Source: an uncultured Clostridia bacterium
Lineage (GTDB): Bacteria > Aerophobota > Aerophobia > Aerophobales > AE-B3A
Length of the DNA stretch: 35,278 nt
Assembly (NCBI GenBank): GCA_964594375.1
Contig: CAZQMG010000002.1
Span: 1-35,278 of the forward strand
Reading direction: 5' to 3'
A program made the position numbers and the translations under genes. Shown one piece after another: positions 1-7,611 of this stretch; within the stretch, counting starts at the first letter, position 1; the number at the start of each line of letters is the position of its first letter. The notes under the pieces are model-generated. The model was not told where the DNA came from and did not search any database. It worked only from the letters and a program-made list of their open reading frames with translations.

Positions 1-23
1 ATTCTGATACTTAAATTTAGTCT

Positions 24-51
24 AATTTACCAGAAAGACAATAATTGTCAA
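24..51 (-). promoter_or_regulatory. Candidate sigma70-type promoter firing leftward out of the window
   Basis: TTGACA (reverse complement of 46-51), 16-nt spacer, TAAATT (reverse complement of 24-29). The segment is homologous to the better promoter at 32142-32169. Confidence 0.3.
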
Positions 52-99
52 ATGCGCTGCCTTGACTTTTATTATCGATTTGCCTAAAATTAAGAAGTA

Positions 100-353
100 C
101 CTCAGGACAATTTCTTCCGTCGCTGTATAGTAGCTTCTTATTTTTTCTACTCAGCTTCTCGTTTCGGGAAAGATATAAAAGACTTTGAAGGGGGAAACAT
201 CCCCCCTCAACGGCCTTCGGCCTGCTCCCCCCAAGTTCAAGAAAAGGCAGAGCATCGTCGCTTTGCTCCTCAAACAGTATATTTTTCTTTTTCCTCAACT
301 CGAAGCTTCGTTAAGGTTGCTCCTATAAGGCTTCTTCAGAAAATGTCCTTCGG
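100..353. repeat. Dispersed intergenic element, copy A: conserved 27-nt left end (100-126) and 29-nt right end (325-353) around a 198-nt hairpin-rich core
   Basis: Left end cctcaggacaatttcttccgtcgctgt is identical to 32176-32202. Right end ataaggcttcttcagaaaatgtccttcgg matches 32313-32341 with 1 mismatch. The cores are unrelated. The two ends are imperfect inverted repeats (CCnnAGGACAnTTTCT). Confidence 0.8.
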
Positions 354-409
354 TAGACCATATAATTTCCTAGTTCATCCAGGAAAAATGAAAAATAGGA
401 GAGTGAAAA

Positions 410-1972
410 ATGGCCAATAAAGCCAAAATTGGATTTCTTGATTTTAATGATGAAAGAGAGCATGTGCTGGAAGAAACCTTCCAGAATGCCCAGGGGTTAA
501 AGAAAAATGTAGTAAGGACGTTGGAAAGGGTAGGGGGTATGGAGATTGTCGATTCAGCTGAATCGTTTAGCGGTTTTGACAAAATGGTCTGGCGAGTGGA
601 GATAGCCAGAAAACAGGCAAAAATATTGGCTGAAGCTGATATAGACGGCCTGATTCTTCACTATAGCCTATGGGCTTCGCCCCGATTGGCCAGGATAGCA
701 ACCCAGATTATCCTCAGAGAAAAAGAGAAAAAGAATAGAGTTATTCCTATTTTAATACTTACTAATCTAGCTCCTGAGCAGCCGGGAATGGTGGGTGGAA
801 TGGCTGCCGCCGGGGGCCTGGATCAACTGGGTATAGCGAATATAAGAATATGGAGCAGGAATATAGCCAATGACCCAGAAAAACTCAAGCAGATTGTGGC
901 ATTTGCCAGATTTGCTCAAGATAGAGCCAAAAGCTCTTCTTCTGCCGACGAGGTAGTTGAAAGACTACACGGTCAGATTTATGGAGAAATTGGTGGTAGG
1001 AGTATTCAAATCGTCACCGCCGAAGCTGACCCTCTTCAATGGGCTAAAATCTTTGGAGTCGATACTCAACCAATTGATCAATTAGAAATCATTAGAAGAG
1101 CGAGCCAGATGATTTCCTGGCGTGATGGAGTAAATAGCGAAATAACAGAAATAAGTGATAAGAGGATTAATAAGGCTTTCAATTTTCTCACTGAAAATGT
1201 AGAAAGTGTAAATTATGAAGATAAATTCACTGAAGATAAGCTCAAATACCAACTTGCTTGCTATTATGCTACTCAGGATATCATTGCCGAAAATGACCTT
1301 GATTTCATCGGTATCAAATGTCAACCAGAATTGAGTGAGTATCATGTAACCCAATGTTTAACTCAGGCTTTCAGTAATGACAGCCGAGGCCCTGCCGGTG
1401 AGAAGAAAGAAGTTGTGGTCTGCGCTTGTGAAGATGATAAAGACGCTGCTCTTACCCAACAGATAATGTATCTTTTGACTGGCAGACCAACTATGTTTGC
1501 TGACTTTCGATATCTGGATCCAGAAAGAAATATCCTTTACCTGGTAAATTGCGGTGCTCATACTCCCTGGTTTGCCACACGAAGCAGTAGGATTGAAGAT
1601 AATTTAGCTAAAATAAAGCTGGATAAACAAGCCTTTTTCTATGCTGCCTGTGGCGCAACGGTCAACTTTGATGCCGCACCTGGGCCAGTAACCGGAGCAA
1701 GGCTGGCAAGAAAGAATGGTAGATATTGGATGAATATAGTCCCCGGTGAGTTTGTGAAAAGACCGGCTAATGCTGTACTAACTACTCCCGGTTGGCCTAA
1801 TGCTTTTATGAAATCTAGAGTCCCTATGGAACAACTTTTCCGGGAGCATCCCTGTAACCATATGCAGCTGGTAGCTGGTGATTATGTGGCTGGTCTGGTA
1901 GAGGTATGTGAGAAGCTGGGGATAGGATATAAGGTGCAAGATAAGAATCTGGAGTATGAAAAAGTAGTTTAG
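410..1972 (+). CDS. L-fucose/L-arabinose isomerase family sugar isomerase
   Basis: 520 aa. AGGAG sits 9 nt upstream of the ATG. FucI-like catalytic block CACEDDKDAA...TMFADFRYL and C-terminal HPCNHMQLVAGDY domain. Substrate not assignable. Confidence 0.7.
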   Translation: MANKAKIGFLDFNDEREHVLEETFQNAQGLKKNVVRTLERVGGMEIVDSAESFSGFDKMVWRVEIARKQAKILAEADIDGLILHYSLWASPRLARIATQIILREKEKKNRVIPILILTNLAPEQPGMVGGMAAAGGLDQLGIANIRIWSRNIANDPEKLKQIVAFARFAQDRAKSSSSADEVVERLHGQIYGEIGGRSIQIVTAEADPLQWAKIFGVDTQPIDQLEIIRRASQMISWRDGVNSEITEISDKRINKAFNFLTENVESVNYEDKFTEDKLKYQLACYYATQDIIAENDLDFIGIKCQPELSEYHVTQCLTQAFSNDSRGPAGEKKEVVVCACEDDKDAALTQQIMYLLTGRPTMFADFRYLDPERNILYLVNCGAHTPWFATRSSRIEDNLAKIKLDKQAFFYAACGATVNFDAAPGPVTGARLARKNGRYWMNIVPGEFVKRPANAVLTTPGWPNAFMKSRVPMEQLFREHPCNHMQLVAGDYVAGLVEVCEKLGIGYKVQDKNLEYEKVV

Positions 1973-2012
1973 AGTGAACTCATTCACACTTTTCGAGATA
2001 GGAAATACTCAG
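1797..2012 (+). repeat. 216-nt direct repeat, copy 1 (last 58 codons of the isomerase, its stop codon and 40 nt of 3' flank)
   Basis: Aligns without gaps to 4186-4401 with about a dozen mismatches (hand count, roughly 94 percent identity). Confidence 0.9.
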
Positions 2013-2072
2013 TGTTATGCGATGTAGTGACTGCGGTTTAGCAAGATAAATCGTCTTATTCAGAAATGAAAA

Positions 2073-2930
2073 TTACTTTTTCTTAATTACCAATCCATCA
2101 TAAGCTATCTCGTATCCATACTTTTTTCCATATTCAACTAACTCAGAATGTATGGGATTTCCTTCATGTGATATATGAGTGGCAAAAATTCGAGAATTCT
2201 TTTTTAACAGATTTTCTTTCCTCATCCTTTGTACATGTTCGATAAATTGGTTAGCATTCAGATGTCCTTCTCCATGAATATTCGGACCATAAGTATGATC
2301 AAGAACCACAATATCAAATTTAAGCTTCTTTTCATGAAAACCTTTCCATGTTTCTTCTGGAATCATATCAGTATCGACACCATAAAAAACAGTATAATCA
2401 TTTTCTGTAATGGTATATAAGAGTGAATCGACTGACTTATCATGGCTTGTGGGAAATGCCGTTATTTGATAGTTTCCCGCTTCAAAGGATTGGAGATATT
2501 TTGCGGGATGAACACTTATATTCATACGTTCTTGTTCTTTTTGATCAAGAAGATTAGTTACGCAACCTTCGTTTTTTAACATCTCCGACATCTTTCTGAG
2601 CGTCGCATTTGAAGCATATAGTTCAAGATGAGGAATATTTTCTACAGCATATTCTGGTATACGAGTAGAAAAATGTGATGCGTCAAAATGATCTGAATGC
2701 GAATGAGTTTGTAGGCAATATCGAATATCTGGCATAGAAATCCCATACATAAAAGAAGCGGTCATGATATCAGGTCCAAAATCTATCAATAGGTCTCGAT
2801 TGATAAGTAGGGATGATCTTTTTCTAAAATTTCGTCCACCGAGTTTACGGGCTTGTTCACACGCTTTGCATCGGCAAAACACCAAAGGATACGAGGTCGC
2901 TGCTGCTGTTCCCAAAAAAGTAATTTCCAT
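2073..2930 (-). CDS. MBL-fold metallo-hydrolase, PhnP-like phosphodiesterase architecture
   Basis: 285 aa. N-terminal Cys cluster CRCKACEQAR, HxHxDH motif THSHSDH, later THISHEG and C-terminal DG, laid out as in PhnP. Confidence 0.7.
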   Translation of the reverse strand: MEITFLGTAAATSYPLVFCRCKACEQARKLGGRNFRKRSSLLINRDLLIDFGPDIMTASFMYGISMPDIRYCLQTHSHSDHFDASHFSTRIPEYAVENIPHLELYASNATLRKMSEMLKNEGCVTNLLDQKEQERMNISVHPAKYLQSFEAGNYQITAFPTSHDKSVDSLLYTITENDYTVFYGVDTDMIPEETWKGFHEKKLKFDIVVLDHTYGPNIHGEGHLNANQFIEHVQRMRKENLLKKNSRIFATHISHEGNPIHSELVEYGKKYGYEIAYDGLVIKKK

Positions 2931-3138
2931 ATTGTTTATTTCCTATTGTGGTTATTTATGGGTAAAACGAAGCAGTCACTATTTTGCTTAACGTTCGTCC
3001 TGCGGGTACAAGAAGTTGCTGGAGCGAGGTACGAGCGGAAGTAATTTGGGTGAGCGACGATGGAGCGAGCCTTGTACTCGCTGTTATATGCAGTATTCGT
3101 GCTTCCTTTAGTTTTTCGATTGTTCTGCATCTATTGCT

Positions 3139-4017
3139 TTAGTATATCGCTTTAGCGTCCTCCGGAAGCTGTTTTATATGTTTAAGAAACTCTAATGCTC
3201 TTTTACCAGCTTCTTCAGCAAACTGAAAACCATATTCCTGTGCAACAGATTCTGCCGTTTTCTTAAACAGTTTATAGAATAGGAATAGAGAATTCCAGAT
3301 ATTGTCATAATTAGAATCAGTGTATGTCTGCTCAAATTCTTTCCAAATCTCTGGCTCCAAGTATTTTTGCAAATGCCTTCCCGCTTTCCCAATTGACTTT
3401 TTAAAGCCTGTCTTTATTCCAATGTCCCATTCAAACATATTAATAAGTGGTTTCCTTAGAACAACATCGATATAGGCTTTTAACAATGGCAGTTCCTTCC
3501 TCCAAATTGTCTTTGGAATATGTGAACCTAAACCAAATATAAACTCATCGCAGCAATCGTTAAACAGTTTCTCCGTTGGTTCCTTAATCAAATAGCTACT
3601 TTCAGATGGGTCTAAAAGATTAGGAATAATATGGTCTTTGTCTAACAAAACCTCTGTTAAACTGTCCTTCGTTAGTTCATCAATTCTGTTTATATTAAAA
3701 AAGGATAGATCAATACGGTTTCCATCTACGAATTGCATATTGTAATTATAACGACCGTCTCCTGCTGGAGGGGGATAAATCTTGTCTTCAGGCTTCTGTA
3801 TAATTATTGTTTCCCCGAAATGGGACAAAATATAATTTTCATCTTTAAATGGTTCAACATCAGTAACTAAATTTACTATGTCATAGTCTTGAAATATATC
3901 CTTCGTGGCATTTGGATTAACTCGGGATCCGTTCATCAAAACTGCACGAATACGATCGTCATTTTGGGCAAAACCAATAATTAAATCAATTATTTCTTTT
4001 TCTGTTCTCGTTTTCAT
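3139..4017 (-). CDS. ant(6): Aminoglycoside 6-nucleotidyltransferase (streptomycin adenylyltransferase, ANT(6)/AadK family)
   Basis: 292 aa, collinear with recalled ANT(6)-Ia/AadK: DDRIRAV..NGSRVNPN..DIFQDYDI, VEPF, QKPED, RIDL, DKD, CCDEF, GIKTGFKKSIGK, YDNIWNSLFLF. Confidence 0.8.
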   Translation of the reverse strand: MKTRTEKEIIDLIIGFAQNDDRIRAVLMNGSRVNPNATKDIFQDYDIVNLVTDVEPFKDENYILSHFGETIIIQKPEDKIYPPPAGDGRYNYNMQFVDGNRIDLSFFNINRIDELTKDSLTEVLLDKDHIIPNLLDPSESSYLIKEPTEKLFNDCCDEFIFGLGSHIPKTIWRKELPLLKAYIDVVLRKPLINMFEWDIGIKTGFKKSIGKAGRHLQKYLEPEIWKEFEQTYTDSNYDNIWNSLFLFYKLFKKTAESVAQEYGFQFAEEAGKRALEFLKHIKQLPEDAKAIY

Positions 4018-4185
4018 ATGATATTCATCCTGTTGTATTTAGCCCGAATATTGCATATAACTTAAAATAACCGAACTACTTCGTTTTATAGCACTTACTG
4101 CTTGATCATGATATGACCTTGATACTTTTTCACTCTCAAAAACCGACAAAATCTTTTTTAGAATATGTTCCGAGTGGGAAAAGCT

Positions 4186-4361
4186 CTAATGCTTTTATGA
4201 AATTCAAAGTCCCTATGGAACAACTTTTCCGGGAGCATCCCTGTAACCACATGCAGCTGGTAGCTGGTGATTATGTGGCTGGTCTGGCAGAGGTATGTGA
4301 GAAGCTAAGAATAGGTTATAAGGTGCAAGATAAGAATCTGGAGTATGAAAAAGTAGTTTAG
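4186..4361 (+). pseudogene. Orphan 3' fragment of the isomerase gene (last 58 codons; the ORF-track 4113-4361 frame begins in unrelated sequence)
   Basis: NAFMKFKVPMEQLFREHPCNHMQLVAGDYVAGLAEVCEKLRIGYKVQDKNLEYEKVV versus the C-terminus of the 410-1972 product; 4 aa differences. Confidence 0.85.
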
Positions 4362-4401
4362 AGTGAACTCATTCACGCTTTTCAAGATAGGAAATACTCA
4401 G
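4186..4401 (+). repeat. 216-nt direct repeat, copy 2
   Basis: See 1797-2012. Confidence 0.9.
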
Positions 4402-4410
4402 CGAACTACA

Positions 4411-4493
4411 TCATTGCGAGCTTGCCAAAGGTAGGCGTGGCAATCTCCCGGGTTTGCTCTGGGATTGCTTCGTCACTGTGCTTCTCGTAATGA
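4411..4493. repeat. Long imperfect palindromic (REP-like) element
   Basis: Outer arms tcattgcgag / ctcgtaatga and inner arms gcaatc / gattgc. It explains the spurious ORF 4454-4735 (..LWDCFVTVLLVM..). Confidence 0.7.
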
Positions 4494-4519
4494 TAGAAAG
4501 GGACGTATTTCTGAATATT

Positions 4520-4556
4520 TACTCAAGATACGAGCAACCAGCAAGGGGCAACGAAG
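4520..4556 (-). repeat. Heptamer-phased trailer after tRNA-Pro (degenerate relative of the Ala/Leu trailer)
   Basis: Plus strand reads gatacga gcaacca gcaaggg gcaacga. It shares gctcgtatct with the trailers at 13803-13840 and 20054-20092. Confidence 0.6.
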
Positions 4557-4635
4557 TGGTCGGGGCGACCGGATTCGAACCGGTGGCCTCTTGCGCCCCA
4601 TGCAAGTGCGCTAAACCAGACTGCGCTACGCCCCG
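4557..4635 (-). tRNA. tRNA-Pro (anticodon GGG), CCA encoded
   Basis: Hand-folded cloverleaf: acceptor CGGGGCG/CGCCCCG, D stem GCGC/GCGC, anticodon stem CTTGC/GCAAG with loop ATGGGGC, T arm ACCGG-TTCGAAT-CCGGT, discriminator A, CCA. Confidence 0.9.
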
Positions 4636-4976
4636 TTCAAAATATCTAGCACTTCTTCTAACTCTTTTCCCAGGATGGCAGGGTCGATTAAATCTTCTCT
4701 TTCTCTTCTTTTTAACTCTTCCTTGGCTCCTTTAATGGTTAATTTCTTTTCATATAATAAATTCTTTATCCAGAGAATTAACTCAACATCTTTTTTTTGA
4801 TAACGCCGATGACCACCTCGAGTCCTTTGGGGATGGAGCTGTTTAAATTGACTTTCCCAAAAACGCAGGATATAGGAAGGGAGTTGAGTTATTTCGCTTA
4901 CTTTTTGTACAGAAAAGTATTTATCTGGAATACTCTCCTGCTGACCCTCTTCCTTTTTCTTATACAAAGAATTCAT
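4626..4976 (-). CDS. MerR-family transcriptional regulator
   Basis: 116 aa. N-terminal wHTH YFSVQKVSEITQLPSYILRFWE..RTRGGHRRY, then a coiled-coil. Directly downstream of hup. Confidence 0.8.
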   Translation of the reverse strand: MNSLYKKKEEGQQESIPDKYFSVQKVSEITQLPSYILRFWESQFKQLHPQRTRGGHRRYQKKDVELILWIKNLLYEKKLTIKGAKEELKRREREDLIDPAILGKELEEVLDILNGA

Positions 4977-4999
4977 TCAACTGATTGTAGAATTTTTCT

Positions 5000-5029
5000 A
5001 ATGGGGACACACTTGAGTGTGCCCCCATT
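5000..5029 (-). promoter_or_regulatory. Intercistronic stem-loop between hup and merR
   Basis: 13-bp stem. It is perfect only on the minus-strand RNA, because an A.C mismatch on the plus strand becomes a G.U pair. No U-tract follows, so a processing or stabilising hairpin is more likely than a terminator. Confidence 0.45.
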
Positions 5030-5057
5030 ATCTTCCCTTTTTTTGAAAAAGATTTTT

Positions 5058-5330
5058 CTAAGCTACTGCTTCTTTCAAGTTCTTCCCTGGCTCAAACTTA
5101 GGAACTTTCTTAGCTGGGATCTGAATTTTCCCACCAGTTTGAGGATTTCTTCCCTGTCGGGCTTTTCTTTTTCTTACCGTAAAGCTTCCGAAGCCAACCA
5201 GAGTTACTTTTTCGCCGCTAGCCAGAGAATCAGCGATGGCTGAGGTTATTGAATCTATTGTTTGCCTGCATGCTCTTTTTGTCAACCCTGTCTGACTAGC
5301 TACTTCTTCTACCAATTCTGCCTTGTTCAT
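5058..5330 (-). CDS. hup: HU/IHF-family DNA-binding protein
   Basis: 90 aa; MNKAELV..GFGSFTVRKRKARQGRNPQTG..IPA..VPKF.PG. Confidence 0.9.
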   Translation of the reverse strand: MNKAELVEEVASQTGLTKRACRQTIDSITSAIADSLASGEKVTLVGFGSFTVRKRKARQGRNPQTGGKIQIPAKKVPKFEPGKNLKEAVA

Positions 5331-5380
5331 CCCTTCCCTCCTTTATGGATAATATTTAACCTCTCTTTAACGGGTTCTCT

Positions 5381-6001
5381 TCAGGTTTTGACTTTTTCTC
5401 CAATTTTACTCTCCTCATTCCTCGAAAGCCTCTGTATATTATTTCTGTGTTTAAACAAAATAAAAAGGGCTGCTATTATACTTAAAAAAAGGTAAAGTCG
5501 AGTATTATTTCTCAGCCAGAAGACAAAGAAAGGGAGACTTCCTGCAGCCACCATTGAACCTAGGGATACATAGCGAGTTAAAGCTATAATCCCTACCATA
5601 ACGAGCAGGGATAAAAGAAAAGGGACAGGGGTAAGGGCTAAGAAGACGCCCGCTGTTACAGCTACTCCTTTTCCTCCTTTGAATTTTAGAAATATAGGCC
5701 AATTATGTCCAACTATAGATGCTAATCCGCCTATTCCACCCATTACTTGGCAGTCAATTCCCATGAGCTGCGCAAAGAAAAATCCTAAATAAACAGAAAT
5801 TATTCCTTTAGTTATATCTATAATCAATACTATAAGAGCCGGAAATGTTCCTATAGCACGCAAAACATTGGTAAATCCTATGTTCCCGCTGCCAAAATCT
5901 CTTACGTCTATTCCTTTAAAGGCTTTTCCTATAAGGTACCCGGAAGGAACAGAACCCAATAGATAGCAGGCTATTAGTATTAAAAATAAAAATATAATCA
6001 T
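5381..6001 (-). CDS. plsY: Glycerol-3-phosphate acyltransferase PlsY
   Basis: 206 aa, polytopic; GSGNIGFTNVLR, HNWPIFLKFKGGKGVA, HRNNIQRL. Confidence 0.9.
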   Translation of the reverse strand: MIIFLFLILIACYLLGSVPSGYLIGKAFKGIDVRDFGSGNIGFTNVLRAIGTFPALIVLIIDITKGIISVYLGFFFAQLMGIDCQVMGGIGGLASIVGHNWPIFLKFKGGKGVAVTAGVFLALTPVPFLLSLLVMVGIIALTRYVSLGSMVAAGSLPFFVFWLRNNTRLYLFLSIIAALFILFKHRNNIQRLSRNEESKIGEKVKT

Positions 6002-6004
6002 ATT

Positions 6005-7561
6005 TCAAAAGTTTTTTCTCAATTTCTCTTTTGTTTCTTCCCCAATGAAATCTCCTATTACAATTCCATCTTTTTCTGAAGAAGGGATGATGGTAATACT
6101 GTCTTTTCTCTTTCTAGGGGGCGTTCTTTGCCCTCCTTTCCTTGCTTCTTCTTCTTTTCTTTTTTTTCTTTTTGTTTGCATCAGCCTGCGAATACTAAGT
6201 CTAATTCGACGTTTCTCTCTATCAATTTCTACAATTTGTGCTTCTATGTTATCTCCTATTAAAGCAATCTTTTCTGGATGGGAGACATACTGCTCGTCCA
6301 ATTCCGAGACATGGATCATTCCATCTATGCCCGGCGCTAAATTGACAAAGACACCAAAATTAGTTATCTGTTGGACTTTACCTGAAATCATATCTCCTAC
6401 TTTATGTTTCTGTATGAGTTCTTTCCAGGGATCAGGCCTTGTCTGCTTTAAACCCAGAGAAATTTTTCTTTTTTTTGTATCAATATTTAATACTTTGACT
6501 TCCACTTCTTTTTTTTCTCCCAATATCTCTTTGGGGTGTTCTACTCGTTTATCCCAAGAAAGATCGGAAATGTGAATTAATCCTTCCAGTTCTTCTTCTA
6601 TTTCTACAAAAGCGCCAAAGTCGGTAAGATGAGTAACTCTTCCTGAAACTATGGAGCCCATCTCATATTTTTTTTCTACTTCTTTCCAGGGATCAGGTCT
6701 TGTCTGCTTTAAACCCAGAGAAATTTTCCCTTTTTCTCTGTCAAGTTTTAACACCTTTAGTTTTAGCTTGTCCCCTTTAGAAATGAGATATCCAGGATCT
6801 TTTATCCATCCCCAGGAAATGTTTTCTGGATAGACCAGTCCATCAATCCCCCCCAAATCTACAAAGATTCCAAACTTGGTTATGGAATTTACCTTTCCGG
6901 TGACAATTTGACCCTCTTCCAGGCTGTCTAGTATCTTTTTTCTTCTTTCTTCTTTTTTTTCTAAAAGTAAAATCTTTCGAGAGAGAACTATATTTCTTGA
7001 CTTTTTGTTTAATTCGATCACTCTAACGCTGATCTTTTCTCCTATAAATTTTTTAAGGTTCTCTCTTCTTGTTAAGCTTATATGGGAAGCGGGAAGGAAG
7101 GCGTCCAGTGAGTCTATTCTGGTTAGGAATCCTCCTTTTACCATCTTTTCTACCCGCACTACTATAGGTTTACTATATTTGAATGCTTCTTCGAATTTTG
7201 TCCACTCCAAACGGAAATCAGCCTCTTTCTTGGACAACAAAATATGATTTCCCTGACTTTTTGGCAAGACGTATACTTTCAGCGTTTTTCCTAATGGAAG
7301 AGCCTCTTCTTTTTTTCCGTTAAATTCTTCCCAGGGCATAAAGCCCTCCGATTTTGCCCCTATATCGAGCAAAATCCCTTCTTTGGTCGTTTGTACCACT
7401 TTAACTTCTATTATTTCTCCTCTTTTAGGGAAGGACAGGTTCTTACATTTCTGGATTATTTCAGCAAATTCCCCTGCTTCTTTCTCTTCCTCCCTTTCTT
7501 TCTCTCTTATTACTCTATCGGCGGCTTTGTCCAGAAGCCTTTCTTCTTTTGATTTAGACAC
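6005..7561 (-). CDS. rpsA: 30S ribosomal protein S1 (multiple S1 domains, basic C-terminal tail)
   Basis: 518 aa; repeated S1 OB-fold modules (G..V.G.V....FG.FV......G..H.S). Confidence 0.9.
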   Translation of the reverse strand: MSKSKEERLLDKAADRVIREKEREEEKEAGEFAEIIQKCKNLSFPKRGEIIEVKVVQTTKEGILLDIGAKSEGFMPWEEFNGKKEEALPLGKTLKVYVLPKSQGNHILLSKKEADFRLEWTKFEEAFKYSKPIVVRVEKMVKGGFLTRIDSLDAFLPASHISLTRRENLKKFIGEKISVRVIELNKKSRNIVLSRKILLLEKKEERRKKILDSLEEGQIVTGKVNSITKFGIFVDLGGIDGLVYPENISWGWIKDPGYLISKGDKLKLKVLKLDREKGKISLGLKQTRPDPWKEVEKKYEMGSIVSGRVTHLTDFGAFVEIEEELEGLIHISDLSWDKRVEHPKEILGEKKEVEVKVLNIDTKKRKISLGLKQTRPDPWKELIQKHKVGDMISGKVQQITNFGVFVNLAPGIDGMIHVSELDEQYVSHPEKIALIGDNIEAQIVEIDREKRRIRLSIRRLMQTKRKKRKEEEARKGGQRTPPRKRKDSITIIPSSEKDGIVIGDFIGEETKEKLRKNF

Positions 7562-7611
7562 TCTTTACCCCCCACTTCTTTTTGTATAATGGTTGCTTTT
7601 TATGCCTCATT

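Larger units (their letters stand above)
2013..4185. mobile_element. Inserted two-gene islet (PhnP-like MBL hydrolase plus ANT(6)) with no mobility gene
   Basis: Bracketed by the 216-nt direct repeats. Both genes are antiparallel to the isomerase, and tRNA-Pro lies 155 nt beyond the right repeat. Confidence 0.55.

Noticed and set aside
17-298. 93-aa minus-strand ORF (MRKKKNILFEE..LELGGSRPKAVEGG..)
   Set aside because: It lies entirely within the repeat/hairpin-rich spacer (copy A element). It has no RBS, low-complexity content and the typical junk translation of G/C-run hairpins. The predicted leftward promoter would fire downstream of it.
2021-2028. Inverted 8-mer gatgtagt (2021-2028) / actacatc (4405-4412) just outside the two direct repeats, as possible recombination sites
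   Set aside because: Only 8 nt match, the offsets from the repeat ends differ (9 vs 4 nt), and the second copy overlaps the palindromic element. This is within chance expectation.
4454-4735. 93-aa plus-strand ORF
   Set aside because: It is a translation of the palindromic element, then antisense through tRNA-Pro and merR, so it is not a plausible gene.
6421-6729. Two near-identical 48-nt segments inside rpsA (6421-6468 and 6682-6729)
   Set aside because: They encode the same inter-domain linker (ISLGLKQTRPDPWKE) of consecutive S1 domains. This is ordinary internal domain repetition, possibly homogenised, and not a separate element.
6045-7589. Several antisense ORFs (60-176 aa) opposite rpsA
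   Set aside because: They are Ser/Phe/Leu-rich mirror frames of a Lys/Glu-rich gene, a typical antisense artefact. The same reasoning applies to the antisense ORFs inside the isomerase, rny, trkH, the VWA genes, proB and era.
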